Assembly (NCBI GenBank): GCA_963788185.1
Contig: CAWBGE010000013.1
Coordinates: 27,350-91,349 of the forward strand
From: an uncultured beta proteobacterium
Lineage (GTDB): Bacteria > Pseudomonadota > Gammaproteobacteria > Burkholderiales > Casimicrobiaceae
Length of the DNA stretch: 64,000 bases
Direction: 5' to 3'
Positions within the stretch are counted from its first letter, which is position 1, and the number at the start of each line of letters is the position of its first letter. The notes under the pieces are model-generated. The model was not told where the DNA came from. It did not search any database and worked only from the letters and a program-made list of their open reading frames with translations. This document shows positions 19,286-30,840 of this stretch, piece after piece. Made by a program: the position numbers and the translations under genes.

Positions 19286-19597
19286 TGGGCCGTGTTGGAC
19301 TTGAACCAACGACCAAAGGATTCAGGTTTCGTGCGGGTTTCCCCGCTCCCCGGACTATCTCATCACCCACCATCGCTGGTTGGGGTGTCGGGCGCTCTTG
19401 GCGGTCTTAAAGGGACTGAACCCCACCCGCTAGTCTCTGCACCTTCCACCGATGCATCGGTGGCTTGGCTCAGGATTGCCGTGGCCTGGAACTGGCTTTA
19501 GGTTTCCCTGAATTCACCCGATTCTCGGTCTGCGGTTTCCCGCAGGCGACACCATTCTTGATGAGTCCTCTGCTCTGACCAGCTGAGCTAACGGCCC
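19286..19597 (-). tRNA. tRNA-Ile(CAU) (ileX-like) interrupted by a group I intron
   Basis: The 5' exon is GGGCCGTTAGCTCAGCTGGTCAGAGCAGAGGACTCAT (19597-19561). The 3' exon is AATCCTTTGGTCGTTGGTTCAAGTCCAACACGGCCCA (19322-19286). Joined, they fold into a canonical 74-nt cloverleaf with anticodon loop CUCAUAA. The variable loop and T-arm resemble E. coli ileX as I remember it. A Met identity cannot be excluded. Confidence 0.85.
19323..19560 (-). ncRNA. Group I intron (238 nt, IC3-like) in the tRNA anticodon loop
   Basis: The intron is inserted after CAU, with U at the 5' splice site and a terminal G (omega-G) before the AA of the loop. It contains the blocks GGGAAACCTAAAGCC, GGCAATCCTGAGCCAAGC and GGAAGGTGCAGAGACTAGCGGG. 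These closely resemble the core of the Azoarcus pre-tRNA-Ile intron as I recall it. No ORF is present. Confidence 0.8.
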
Positions 19598-19606
19598 TAG
19601 GCATGG

Positions 19607-19612
19607 ATTATA
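19607..19612 (-). promoter_or_regulatory. Candidate -10 element (TATAAT) for the tRNA gene
   Basis: The minus strand reads CCCTATAATCC, ending 9 nt upstream of the mature tRNA 5' end. No convincing -35 was found. Confidence 0.4.
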
Positions 19613-19838
19613 GGGGGATTGGCTCGAACGTGGTTCGCGAGGCGCACGAGTCGCGAACGCCATGAGCCTACTCAGCCGCGCGGCAGCGCGTTAGAATCGC
19701 GTCGACCGACCATGGAGCCATGGCCGTGTGCGCTCCGGCGCCGCAGGCCCCAAGCGAGCATCCCTCGGCAGGAGGATTTTCTTACCATCGTCGCCGGACT
19801 CCTGCCGCCATGACTTCCCCCTTCCGTGAGCTGTCCGC

Positions 19839-22529
19839 ATGAGTTCGCTGCAGCACTATCTGCGCCCGCTGCTCGCCCCGGCGTCAGTGGCGCTGGTCGG
19901 TGCTTCCGACAAGCCGGCCACGCTGGGTCGCATCGTGCTCGAGAATCTGCTCGAAGGCGGGTTCAAGGGTGATCTGTACCCGGTCAATCCCAAGCATCGG
20001 CGCGTGCTCGGCAAGCGCTGTTACGCGTCGCTTCCGGCTATCGGCAAGCCGGTTGAACTCGCGCTGATCGGGGTTCCGTGCGCGGCGGTGCCGGGCGTGC
20101 TCGACGACGGCGCCCGCGTCGGCGTCAAGGCCGCGATCATCCTCTCGGCGCCGCCGATCGACGAGGGGGAGGCGCGGCGCTGGCAACGCGACCTGGTCGC
20201 CACGGCCAAAAAGCGCAAGATCCGCCTGCTGGGACCGCACGCGTATGGCGTCATCCGCACCGAAATCGGGCTCAACGCGACGATGGGCGCGGGGCTGGCG
20301 CTTCCCGGCCGCCTGGCGCTGATCGCGCAGTCGGGGGCGGTGTGCACGGCGATGCTCAATTTCGCCGCACCCAACGGCATCGGCTTCTCCACCGTGGCTG
20401 CGGTCGGGGGCGCGCTGGACATCGGTTTTGGCGAGCTGCTCGACGCCCTGGTGCTCGATCCGCAGACCGATGGCATCCTGCTGTACGTGGAGAAGGTCTC
20501 CGACGCGCGCCGTTTCCTGTCGGCGCTGCGGGCGGCCGCGCGGACCAAGCCCGTGGTCGTGCTGCGCGCCGGACGTTCCGCCGAGGCGCATCTCGCGGGC
20601 AGCGGCTCGGATGCGCCGTCGCCGGACGCCGTGTTCGATGCGGCGATGAAGCGCGCGGGCACGGTGCGCGTGATGACGTACACGCAGCTCTTCGCGGCGG
20701 CGCGCATTCTCGCGATGGGCAAGCTGCCGCGGGGCGATCGGCTGGCGATCATCACCAACGGCCATGGACCGGGAACGATGGCCGCTGACGCCGCGGCCGA
20801 TCGCGGCGTGGTGCTGGCCGAATTGTCGCCGGAGACCGAAAAGGCATTGGCCGCGGTGCTGCCGCCCAACGTGGCCTCGAAGAACCCCATCAACGTGCGC
20901 GGGGACGCGTCGCCGGAGCGGCTGGCCGCGGCCGTATCCGCGACGCTAGCCGATCCGCAGGTCGACGCCGTGCTGGCGCTGCACGTCCAGCGGCCGGCGA
21001 CCGGGGCGACGGACGCGGCGCGGGCGGTGGCCAAGGTCGCGCGCGGCGCGTCGAAGCCGGTGCTCGGCGCCTGGCTCGGTGCCATCGGCGGCCGCGAAGT
21101 GCGCGACGCGCTGGAGGCGGGCGGCGTCGCCGATTTCTATACGCCGGAGAATGCGGTCGATGCGTTCTCTTTCCTCGCCGCCTACCGGCGCAACCAGCAG
21201 TGGCTGCTGGAAGTGCCGGCATCGCAGCCGGAGCCCGAGCCGCCGGATACCACCTTGGCCGAGCGCATTCGCGACGATGCGGCCGCCGCGAATCACACGG
21301 TGTTGAGCGACTGGCAAACGCGGCAGCTGCTGGCGGCGTTTGGAATGCCGGTCGAACGCGTGGAGCCCGCCGATACGCTGGCGGAGGCGCTCGCCGTCGC
21401 GCGCAGGCTGGGGTACCCGGTGCGGCTCAAGCTCGACATTTCGGGCCTGCATCCGCGCGCTCCGCTGCCTGTGGACGGATTGCTGCGAACCAGTCTGCGC
21501 AACGGCCGGATGCTCTCCCGCGCGTATGGCGACATGCTGGCGAACGTCGGGTTGCCTTCGGACCGCGGCGATTTCCAGGTGCGCGCGCTGGTCGGCAAGC
21601 TGCCGCCGGTGCCGGACGCGCGGGAGGTCGCCATCGGCGTCTATGCCGATGCCGTTTTTGGTCCGGTGATCACCTTCGGCAACAGCGGGGCGGCGGCGCT
21701 GATCGACGCCGAGCGCACGGTGCTGCTGCCTCCGCTCAACCACCGTCTCGCGACCGATCTCATCAGCGGCAGCCGTGCAGCCGCGTCGCTGCGCAAGAAC
21801 CGCGACACGGCGCCCGACCTCGATCCGCTGGTGCGCATCCTGCTGCAGGTCTCGAGCCTGGTCTGTGCGTTGCCGTGGGTGAGTTCGCTGACGCTCGATC
21901 CCGTGCTTGTCGGCGCCGGAGTCGCGGTCATCGCAGCGGCCCGGATCACCATCGATCCCAAGCGCAAGTTCGCGACGGGCGGCTACCGGCACATGGCGAT
22001 CCATCCGTATCCGATCGAAATGGTCGCCGACGTGCCGTTGCGCGACGGGACGGTGCTGCACGTGCGTCCGATCATGCCGGAAGATGCCGAGCGCGAACGC
22101 GCGTTCGTCCATGCGCTGTCGGAGCAGACCCGTTACTACCGGTTCTTCTACCGGATGCACGAGCTGACGCCGGCGATGCTGGCGCGGTTCACGCAGGTCG
22201 ACTACGACCGCGAACTGGCGCTGGTCGCGATCGAAGACAATGCCACCCATCCGACGTTCGTCGGCGTGGCGCGCTACATCGGAAATCCCGATCAGGAGAG
22301 CGCGGAGTTCGCGGTGGTGGTGGCGGACGCATGGCAGAACCGCGGCGTCGCGCGGATGCTGATGGAGCGCCTGATTGCGTGCGCGCGGAAGCGCGGACTG
22401 CGGCGGCTGGAAGGCGCGGTGCTGCGCAACAACGCCAACATGATCCGCTTCACCGAGGGCCTGGGCTTCGTCACACACGACGATCCGGAAGAGCCCGAGC
22501 AGGTGAACACCGTGCTCGAACTCTCCTGA
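19839..22529 (+). CDS. Pat-type protein acetyltransferase: NDP-forming acyl-CoA synthetase-like domains fused to a C-terminal GNAT
   Basis: The N-terminus has a CoA-binding region ([37 protein letters not shown]). An ATP-grasp-like region sits in the middle. The C-terminal GNAT carries an acetyl-CoA loop, [22 protein letters not shown]. Total length is 896 aa. Confidence 0.88.
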   Translation: MSSLQHYLRPLLAPASVALVGASDKPATLGRIVLENLLEGGFKGDLYPVNPKHRRVLGKRCYASLPAIGKPVELALIGVPCAAVPGVLDDGARVGVKAAIILSAPPIDEGEARRWQRDLVATAKKRKIRLLGPHAYGVIRTEIGLNATMGAGLALPGRLALIAQSGAVCTAMLNFAAPNGIGFSTVAAVGGALDIGFGELLDALVLDPQTDGILLYVEKVSDARRFLSALRAAARTKPVVVLRAGRSAEAHLAGSGSDAPSPDAVFDAAMKRAGTVRVMTYTQLFAAARILAMGKLPRGDRLAIITNGHGPGTMAADAAADRGVVLAELSPETEKALAAVLPPNVASKNPINVRGDASPERLAAAVSATLADPQVDAVLALHVQRPATGATDAARAVAKVARGASKPVLGAWLGAIGGREVRDALEAGGVADFYTPENAVDAFSFLAAYRRNQQWLLEVPASQPEPEPPDTTLAERIRDDAAAANHTVLSDWQTRQLLAAFGMPVERVEPADTLAEALAVARRLGYPVRLKLDISGLHPRAPLPVDGLLRTSLRNGRMLSRAYGDMLANVGLPSDRGDFQVRALVGKLPPVPDAREVAIGVYADAVFGPVITFGNSGAAALIDAERTVLLPPLNHRLATDLISGSRAAASLRKNRDTAPDLDPLVRILLQVSSLVCALPWVSSLTLDPVLVGAGVAVIAAARITIDPKRKFATGGYRHMAIHPYPIEMVADVPLRDGTVLHVRPIMPEDAERERAFVHALSEQTRYYRFFYRMHELTPAMLARFTQVDYDRELALVAIEDNATHPTFVGVARYIGNPDQESAEFAVVVADAWQNRGVARMLMERLIACARKRGLRRLEGAVLRNNANMIRFTEGLGFVTHDDPEEPEQVNTVLELS

Positions 22530-22531
22530 AG

Positions 22532-22547
22532 GCGCTCCTACAGCGAA

Positions 22548-22550
<3 letters not shown>
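22532..22550. repeat. Truncated REP fragment between convergent pat and rpoD stops
   Basis: GCGCTCCTACAGCGAATCA matches the right end of the 16722-16788 doublet (GTCGCTCCTACAGCGATTCA) with 2 mismatches. Only one arm is present. Confidence 0.45.
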
Positions 22551-25001
<2,451 letters not shown>

Positions 25002-25062
25002 GGTGTTCCTAGCGATTCGAAAGCAGAGCCCCTGGACGTGGGGCCGATCGGGAAAACTTCAA

Positions 25063-25071
25063 ATTATAACA
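25063..25071 (-). promoter_or_regulatory. Candidate extended -10 promoter (TGTTATAAT) upstream of rpoD
   Basis: The minus strand reads TGTTATAAT in the 90-nt dnaG-rpoD spacer, about 60 nt upstream of the rpoD ATG. There is no clear -35, which fits extended -10 promoters. Confidence 0.45.
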
Positions 25072-25091
25072 TGATGTTAGAGGGCGACCCG

Positions 25092-26900
25092 TCATTCCAG
25101 CGGCCCTTGAGGCTCGTCGTTCGGGCGCGGCAGGCCGCGACGGACGATGCCGAGTTGGCGCAGGCGCTCCAGTTCCTCCACCGAGCGGCCGTCGCCTGTG
25201 GCGATCGAAGGCGCCTCGCCGGCGCGCTCGGCCTGCTGCCACAGCCGCGCGACGCCGGCCGTGACTGCAAGCGCCGCCTGGTCCGATGGCAGCGCGTGAT
25301 CGGTCGCCGTGGCGAGTGCCGCCGCAAGGATCGGCTCGTGCTCGGAGGTGCTGAAAGCCTGCATGATCGCGGGTGTCGTCGGGTTGCGCGTCTGGGCCTG
25401 GCAATGCTCGATCAGCGCACGGAGCGCGGCGATTTCGCCAATGCCGGCCACGAATTCCGGCAATACGATTCCGTGCGCGAGTTCGGGTTGGAACAGGAGA
25501 TTCTGGATCAGTTCGCGGACCAGCGACGGCGCGCGCCGGCGGACGGGTCCGGCGCCGCCGCGGTTGCGTCGGTCCACCGGCGCACTGTCCTGCCGCCTTG
25601 CCTCCCGCAAACCCGGCGCGCCGCTGCCGGCCGGCAGCAGCTGGCGCAGCTCGGCATCGGGCAATTGCGTCAGTTCCCCCAGCCGATGCCGCAGCAGCGC
25701 CGAGAGTATCGGCGCGGTGATCTCGCCCATCAGCGGACGCGCCGCCGCGAGCAGCGCCGAACGGCCTTCCGCACTCACCGGGGGGTGCCGCGCCGACAGT
25801 TCCATCAGCAGGAACTCCGACAGCGGCGTCGCGCGGTCGATCAGCGCTTCGAACGCCGCCTTGCCGCGCTGGCGGATGAAGTCGTCGGGATCCTCGCCTT
25901 CGGGCAGGAACAGGAAGACGGCCTGCTTGCCGTCGGCGATGACCGGCAGGGTGTTTTCCAGCGCCCGCCACGCGGCCTTGCGCCCTGCCGCGTCCCCGTC
26001 GAAGCAGTAGACGACGGTGTCGGCCACGCGAAAGAGCTTTTGCGCGTGAGTCGGCGTGGTCGCGGTGCCCAGCGTCGCGACGGCATAGTCGACGCCGTGC
26101 TGCGCCAGTGCGACGACGTCCATGTACCCCTCGACGACGACGACCCGGCCGGCGTCGCGGATCGCATTGCGCGCGAGGAACAGGCCATACAGCTCGCGCC
26201 CTTTGGAAAACAGCGGGGTCTCGGGCGAGTTGAGGTACTTGGGCTCACCTTGACCGAGAACTCTTCCGCCGAAGCCGATGACTTGGCCGCGGGTATCGTG
26301 GATCGGAAACATGATCCGGTCCCGAAAGCGGTCGTAGCGCTTGCCGCCGTCGCCGGCGATGACCAGTCCGGCGGTTTCCAGCGCCGGATTGTCGTAGTCG
26401 GTGAGGGTCGCGGCCAACGGCTGCCAGCCGTCGGGCGCGTAGCCGATGCCGAAGCGCGCGGCGATCGCACCGGTGAGGCCGCGCTCCTTGAGGTAGGCGA
26501 TGGCCTTCGGGCTGTCCTTGAGCGCGGCACGATAGAACTTTGCCGCCGCCAGCAACCAGCCGGTGAGATCCTGCGCCTGCTCGCGCCGCTGCGCGTCGCC
26601 GGGTTGCTCGATGCGCGGTACGGCGAGGCCCACATCGCGCGCCAGTTCTTCGACGGCTTCGGGAAACGACTTGCCGGCGTGTTCCATCAGGAAGCCGATC
26701 GCAGTGCCGTGAGCACCGCAGCCGAAGCAATGGTAGAACTGCTTCGATTGGCTCACCGTGAACGACGGCGATTTCTCGCTGTGGAACGGGCAGCAGGCGA
26801 CGTGGTTGGCGCCGGCCTTTTTCAGCGGCACGTGACGATCGATCACCTCGACGATGTCGACCCGCGACAACAGCGTCTCGATGAAATCGCCTGGAATCAT
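25092..26900 (-). CDS. dnaG: DNA primase
   Basis: The N-terminal zinc ribbon CCPFHSEKSPSFTVSQSKQFYHCFGCGAHG is present. The TOPRIM segment VVVVEGYMDVVAL is also present. Length is 602 aa. Confidence 0.95.
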   Translation of the reverse strand: MIPGDFIETLLSRVDIVEVIDRHVPLKKAGANHVACCPFHSEKSPSFTVSQSKQFYHCFGCGAHGTAIGFLMEHAGKSFPEAVEELARDVGLAVPRIEQPGDAQRREQAQDLTGWLLAAAKFYRAALKDSPKAIAYLKERGLTGAIAARFGIGYAPDGWQPLAATLTDYDNPALETAGLVIAGDGGKRYDRFRDRIMFPIHDTRGQVIGFGGRVLGQGEPKYLNSPETPLFSKGRELYGLFLARNAIRDAGRVVVVEGYMDVVALAQHGVDYAVATLGTATTPTHAQKLFRVADTVVYCFDGDAAGRKAAWRALENTLPVIADGKQAVFLFLPEGEDPDDFIRQRGKAAFEALIDRATPLSEFLLMELSARHPPVSAEGRSALLAAARPLMGEITAPILSALLRHRLGELTQLPDAELRQLLPAGSGAPGLREARRQDSAPVDRRNRGGAGPVRRRAPSLVRELIQNLLFQPELAHGIVLPEFVAGIGEIAALRALIEHCQAQTRNPTTPAIMQAFSTSEHEPILAAALATATDHALPSDQAALAVTAGVARLWQQAERAGEAPSIATGDGRSVEELERLRQLGIVRRGLPRPNDEPQGPLE

Positions 26901-27073
26901 GGAATGGGGACTCGCATCGTCGCGGGCTGCACCGGGCTCCGGAGCGGAACCGCGACGGCCGGGCCGGATACGTCACAACGTGGGGGCGATTCGGATTATA
27001 GGCAACCCCGCCGCTGCGATGAGAACATTGTGCGTTGCCGGCGCGCGTGCGTCGCGTCGGCGCCGCGATCGGA

Positions 27074-27520
27074 TCATCCGGCCAGCCGCGCCTTGATCCG
27101 GGCGGACACGATGCTCATGTCGGCCCGTCCGGCGAGATTCGGCTTGAGCGCCGCCATCACCTTGCCCATGCCGGCCATCCCCGAGGCCCCGGTGGTTGCG
27201 ATCGCCTGCGCGATCAAGGTGTCGATCTCGGCATCGGACAGTTGTGCGGGCATGTACGTCTGAAGCACGGCGACCTCCGCTTGCTCGACCGCGGCCAGGT
27301 CGGGGCGCTTGCCGGCTTCGAACTGCGTGATCGAGTCCTTGCGCTGCTTGATCATCTTGTCGATCACCGACAGCACGTCGGCGTCGGTGAGTTCGACGCG
27401 CTCGTCCACCTCGCGCTGCTTGATCGCGGCCAGCAGCATGCGGATGGCCGACAGGCGCGCGGCGTCCTTCGCGCGCATCGCGTCCTTCATGTCGTCGGTG
27501 ATCTTGGTCTTCAGGGGCAT
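27074..27520 (-). CDS. GatB/YqeY domain protein
   Basis: MPLKTKITDDMKDAMRAKDAARLSAIRMLLAAIKQREVDERVELTDADVLSVIDKMIKQRKDS is typical of the YqeY family. Length is 148 aa. Confidence 0.85.
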   Translation of the reverse strand: MPLKTKITDDMKDAMRAKDAARLSAIRMLLAAIKQREVDERVELTDADVLSVIDKMIKQRKDSITQFEAGKRPDLAAVEQAEVAVLQTYMPAQLSDAEIDTLIAQAIATTGASGMAGMGKVMAALKPNLAGRADMSIVSARIKARLAG

Positions 27521-27590
27521 CGCGGACTCCGTCGTGGGCGGGATGGACCGGCGCCGTGCCGTCGTGCCGGCGGCGCGACGGGCGTGCCGG

Positions 27591-27620
27591 AAATGCAAAA
27601 GGGGCGAATCGCTTCGCCCC
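27591..27620 (-). terminator. Rho-independent terminator/attenuator downstream of rpsU
   Basis: The minus-strand transcript reads GGGGCGAA-GCGA-TTCGCCCC followed by UUUUGCAUUU, starting 30 nt after the rpsU stop. The E. coli operon has a terminator in the equivalent position between rpsU and dnaG. Confidence 0.6.
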
Positions 27621-27650
27621 TCGTCGAGTACGGTACGTGCAGCGCCGGCG

Positions 27651-27863
27651 TCAGAAGAGCTTGGGCGGCAACTGCTGGCTGCGCAGGCGCTTGTAGTGAC
27701 GCTTGACCGCGGCGGCGAGCTTGCGCTTGCGCTCGGAGGTCGGCTTTTCGTAGAACTCGCGGGCCCGCAGCTCGGTGAGGAGGCCGGTCTTTTCGATGCT
27801 GCGCTTGAAGCGGCGCAGCGCCACCTCGAACGGCTCGTTCTCGCGAACGCGAACACTGGTCAT
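27651..27863 (-). CDS. rpsU: 30S ribosomal protein S21
   Basis: [63 protein letters not shown] (70 aa). Confidence 0.95.
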   Translation of the reverse strand: MTSVRVRENEPFEVALRRFKRSIEKTGLLTELRAREFYEKPTSERKRKLAAAVKRHYKRLRSQQLPPKLF

Positions 27864-27908
27864 GAATCTGGTTCCTTGTTGGGAAGCTGCCAAAGGCGAT
27901 AGCCCTGA

Positions 27909-27937
27909 AATATAGCGCGAAACACGGGCCGTGGCAA
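27909..27937 (-). promoter_or_regulatory. Sigma70-type promoter for rpsU (TTGCCA-17-TATATT)
   Basis: The minus strand reads TTGCCA (27937-32), a 17-nt spacer, then TATATT (27914-09). It lies about 45 nt upstream of the rpsU ATG. Confidence 0.5.
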
Positions 27938-28162
27938 CAGGGATGAAACCGCCCGAGCGTTCCGCCCTGAGCAGCATGAGCCCGAAGGGCCGCCCCGAGG
28001 GCGAATACCGGAGTGCGCAGCATGAAGGTAGTCCAGTGAGCGTTCGCCCCGAGCTTGTCGAACGATGCCGGCAGCGGTAGCCGGGGCGCGCCCGCGTCCC
28101 CCGAGGCCCCCGATTCAGGTATCGTGACGGCCCCAGTTCACCTCCCGGCCCTCCCTGCCGCC

Positions 28163-29191
28163 ATGCGCGTCCTCGGTATCGAGACCTCCTGCGACGAGAC
28201 CGGGCTTGCCGTCTACGACAGCGAGCGGGGCCTCGTCGCCCACGCGCTGCACTCGCAGGTGGCGATGCACGAGGCGTACGGCGGCGTCGTGCCGGAACTC
28301 GCGTCGCGCGATCACGTCCGCCGGGTGGTTCCGCTGGCGCAGAAGGTGCTGGGCGAGGCGGGACTTGTACTGGCGGATCTCGACGGGTTCGCCTGCACGC
28401 AGGGGCCGGGCCTCGCGGGGGCGCTGCTGGTCGGCGCCAGCGTCGCCCATGCGCTCGGTTTTGCGCTGCAGAAACCGGTCGTGCCCGTGCATCACCTCGA
28501 AGGGCATCTGCTCTCGCCGTTGCTCGCCGAACCCAAGCCGGCGTTCCCGTTCGTCGCGCTGCTGGTGTCGGGCGGCCACACGCAATTCTTCGAAGTGTCC
28601 GGCGTGGGCCGGTATCGGCTGCTGGGCGAGTCGCAGGACGACGCCGCCGGCGAGGCCTTCGACAAGACGGCAAAGCTCCTCGGTTTGGGGTATCCGGGCG
28701 GCCCGGCGCTGGCTCGGTTGGCCGAGCGCGGGCGCCCAGGCTTGATCCGCCTGCCGCGACCCATGCACGACAGCGGCGATCTCGACATGAGTTTTTCCGG
28801 CCTCAAGACCGCGGTGCTGACGGTCGTGAGGCGGGCAGCGGACGCAGGCAACCTCGACGACGCGAAGCGCGCCGACATCGCCGCCGAATTCCAGGCTGCC
28901 GTGGTGGATGTCCTCGTCGGCAAGTCGGTCGCCGCGCTTGCCCAGACCGGCCACTCCCGGCTGGTCGTCGCCGGCGGCGTCGGTGCCAACCGTGAGTTGC
29001 GCGCGCGGTTGCCGGCGGCCATCACCCGGCGCGGCGGCAGTGTGTATTTCCCCGACCTTTCGTTCTGCACCGACAACGGGGCGATGATCGCGCTGGTCGG
29101 CGCGCTGCGGCTCGCGGGTACGCCGCGCGGCGATTACGCGTTCTCGGTGCGGCCGCGGTGGAATCTCGCATCGCTGGAAGTGCCGGGGTAA
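28163..29191 (+). CDS. tsaD: tRNA N6-adenosine threonylcarbamoyltransferase
   Basis: [19 protein letters not shown] matches the canonical TsaD N-terminus. HMEGHLL-type (HLEGHLLSP) and VSGGHT motifs are present. The gene is divergent from rpsU, as in E. coli. Confidence 0.93.
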   Translation: MRVLGIETSCDETGLAVYDSERGLVAHALHSQVAMHEAYGGVVPELASRDHVRRVVPLAQKVLGEAGLVLADLDGFACTQGPGLAGALLVGASVAHALGFALQKPVVPVHHLEGHLLSPLLAEPKPAFPFVALLVSGGHTQFFEVSGVGRYRLLGESQDDAAGEAFDKTAKLLGLGYPGGPALARLAERGRPGLIRLPRPMHDSGDLDMSFSGLKTAVLTVVRRAADAGNLDDAKRADIAAEFQAAVVDVLVGKSVAALAQTGHSRLVVAGGVGANRELRARLPAAITRRGGSVYFPDLSFCTDNGAMIALVGALRLAGTPRGDYAFSVRPRWNLASLEVPG

Positions 29192-29791
29192 TCAGCGTCC
29201 GATCGGGCGCTCTTGGCCCTCGAGCAGCTGGCGAATGTTGCTCTTGTGACGCCAGACGAGCAGGACGGCGATGGGCAGCATCGCCCACGCGGTCAGCGTG
29301 TTGCCGAAAACGTAGAAAGCGCCGACCGGCATCAGCACGGCGGCGGTGAGCGCCGCCAGCGAGGAGATCTTGAAACCGAAGGCCATCACCATCCACAGCG
29401 CGGCCAGCGCGAGCCCCAGCGGCCAGTGCAGCGCGAGCACGATGCCCGCGCCGGTGGCCACGCCCTTGCCGCCTTCGAAACCGTGGAAGACCGGGAACAC
29501 GTGCCCGACAAACACTGCGATCGCCGACAGCGGGACGACCCAATCGGCGGCGCCAAGCGTGACGCCGAACGTCTGTGCCAGCCACACGGCGAGCCAGCCC
29601 TTGGCGCCGTCGCCGATCAGCGTCAACAGCGCCGCCGCCTTGTTGCCGGTGCGCAATACGTTGGTGGCGCCGGGGTTTCCCGAGCCATAGGTCTTGGGAT
29701 CGGGCAGGCGGAAAGCCTTGCTCGATACCACCGCAAACGAGATCGATCCGATCAGGTAGGCGGCAACGAGGATTCCCAGGGAAGCAAGCAT
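29192..29791 (-). CDS. plsY: Glycerol-3-phosphate acyltransferase PlsY
   Basis: AYLIGSISFAVV, GSGNPGATNVLRTG and HVFPVFHGFEGGKGVATG are present. Confidence 0.92.
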   Translation of the reverse strand: MLASLGILVAAYLIGSISFAVVSSKAFRLPDPKTYGSGNPGATNVLRTGNKAAALLTLIGDGAKGWLAVWLAQTFGVTLGAADWVVPLSAIAVFVGHVFPVFHGFEGGKGVATGAGIVLALHWPLGLALAALWMVMAFGFKISSLAALTAAVLMPVGAFYVFGNTLTAWAMLPIAVLLVWRHKSNIRQLLEGQERPIGR

Positions 29792-29849
29792 CGCGAGGTG
29801 CCCGCGAGGGCGTCGGTTAGAATGGCGTGGCCGATTCTAGCAAAGCACG

Positions 29850-30203
29850 ATGAACACGATCTTCATTCAGGACCTGCGCCTGCGCACGCGCATAGGCATC
29901 TATGCCTGGGAGCGCGCGCTGCCGCAGACGCTGAAGCTCGACGTCGAGCTGGGACTCGCGTCGGACAAGGCCTTCCACAGCGATGACTTTGCCGACGCGC
30001 TCGATTACGCGGCGGTGGTCGCGCGGCTCACCGTCTACGCCGACAGCCACGGCCACCAGTTGATGGAGCGCTTTGCGCAGGGCGTGGCCGACATCGTGCT
30101 GGGCGAGTTCTCCGCGGCGTGGGTCAAGGTGCGCGTCGCGAAGCTCGCGGCGCTCACCGGGGTCAGGGAAATCGGCGTCGCCATCGAGCGCCGCCGGGGT
30201 TGA
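29850..30203 (+). CDS. folB: Dihydroneopterin aldolase
   Basis: MNTIFIQDLRLRTRIGIYAWERALPQTLKLDVEL and DYAAVVARL are present. Length is 117 aa. Confidence 0.85.
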   Translation: MNTIFIQDLRLRTRIGIYAWERALPQTLKLDVELGLASDKAFHSDDFADALDYAAVVARLTVYADSHGHQLMERFAQGVADIVLGEFSAAWVKVRVAKLAALTGVREIGVAIERRRG

Positions 30204-30247
30204 CGCCGTTGGTGCGCGTGCGGCCGACCGTCTGCGTCGGTGGGCGC

Positions 30248-30742
30248 TCAGGCGTGCGGATCTACGGCAACCGACACGCTCTGCGGCTTCAACACCCGGA
30301 CAAGATCTGCCGGCGCGACGCCGACGAGATATCCGCGCCTGCCGCCGTTGATGTAGATGCGCGGCAGCTCTGCGATCGTTGCCTCCATGTACACCGGCAT
30401 CGCTCGCCTGAGTCCGAAGGGGCTGGTGCCGCCCACCTGATAGCCCGAGTGCCGGTCCGCCACGGCCGGCGCACAGGGCATGATCGTCTTGACGTCGAGG
30501 AAGCGCGCCAGATTCTTCGTCGACACCGCGCGGTCGCCGTGCATCAGCACCACCAGCGGACGTTTCCGGTCGTCTTCCATGATCAGCGTCTTGATCACTG
30601 CATGCTCGTCGACGCCGAGCTCGCGGGCCGAGACCTCGGTGCCGCCGCGCGCTTCGTACTCGTAGGGGTGGTGCGTGAATTCGACACCGTGCTCGCGCAG
30701 GACGCGCACGGCGGCGGTGACGGGAGCCTTGTCCCTGGTCAT
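30248..30742 (-). CDS. ybaK: Cys-tRNA(Pro)/Cys-tRNA(Cys) deacylase, YbaK family
   Basis: TAAVRVLREHGVEFTHHPYEY, VIKTLIMEDD and GYQVGGTSPFG are present. Confidence 0.85.
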   Translation of the reverse strand: MTRDKAPVTAAVRVLREHGVEFTHHPYEYEARGGTEVSARELGVDEHAVIKTLIMEDDRKRPLVVLMHGDRAVSTKNLARFLDVKTIMPCAPAVADRHSGYQVGGTSPFGLRRAMPVYMEATIAELPRIYINGGRRGYLVGVAPADLVRVLKPQSVSVAVDPHA

Positions 30743-30840
30743 CGGGCGACGGCGCGCTGGACGCGGAGAAAGGGCATGGGGCTGAGAGCGGTCGGCGATG
30801 CGGGAAATCCCGCGATTCTATCGCGTCAGCCGGTCGGAGA

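Noticed and set aside
19157-19501. A 114-aa plus-strand ORF
   Set aside because: It lies antisense across the tRNA 3' exon and group I intron and has no coding periodicity.
19286-19606. Initial impression of a tmRNA (ssrA) gene, because a tRNA-like 3' end was separated from a tRNA-like 5' end by about 240 nt
   Set aside because: The two ends form a complete ordinary cloverleaf with an anticodon stem-loop (CAU), and there is no tag-peptide reading frame. The intervening sequence carries group I intron core blocks and splice-site features: U at the 5' splice site and a terminal G.
26995-27000. TATAAT on the minus strand in the yqeY-dnaG spacer as a dnaG promoter
   Set aside because: No acceptable -35 or TG extension exists at the right spacing. 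A lone hexamer is too weak to report as a feature.
28055-28162. Upstream ATG giving a 378-aa TsaD
   Set aside because: The extension ([22 protein letters not shown]...) is non-conserved low-complexity sequence. [14 protein letters not shown] at 28163 matches the canonical TsaD N-terminus.
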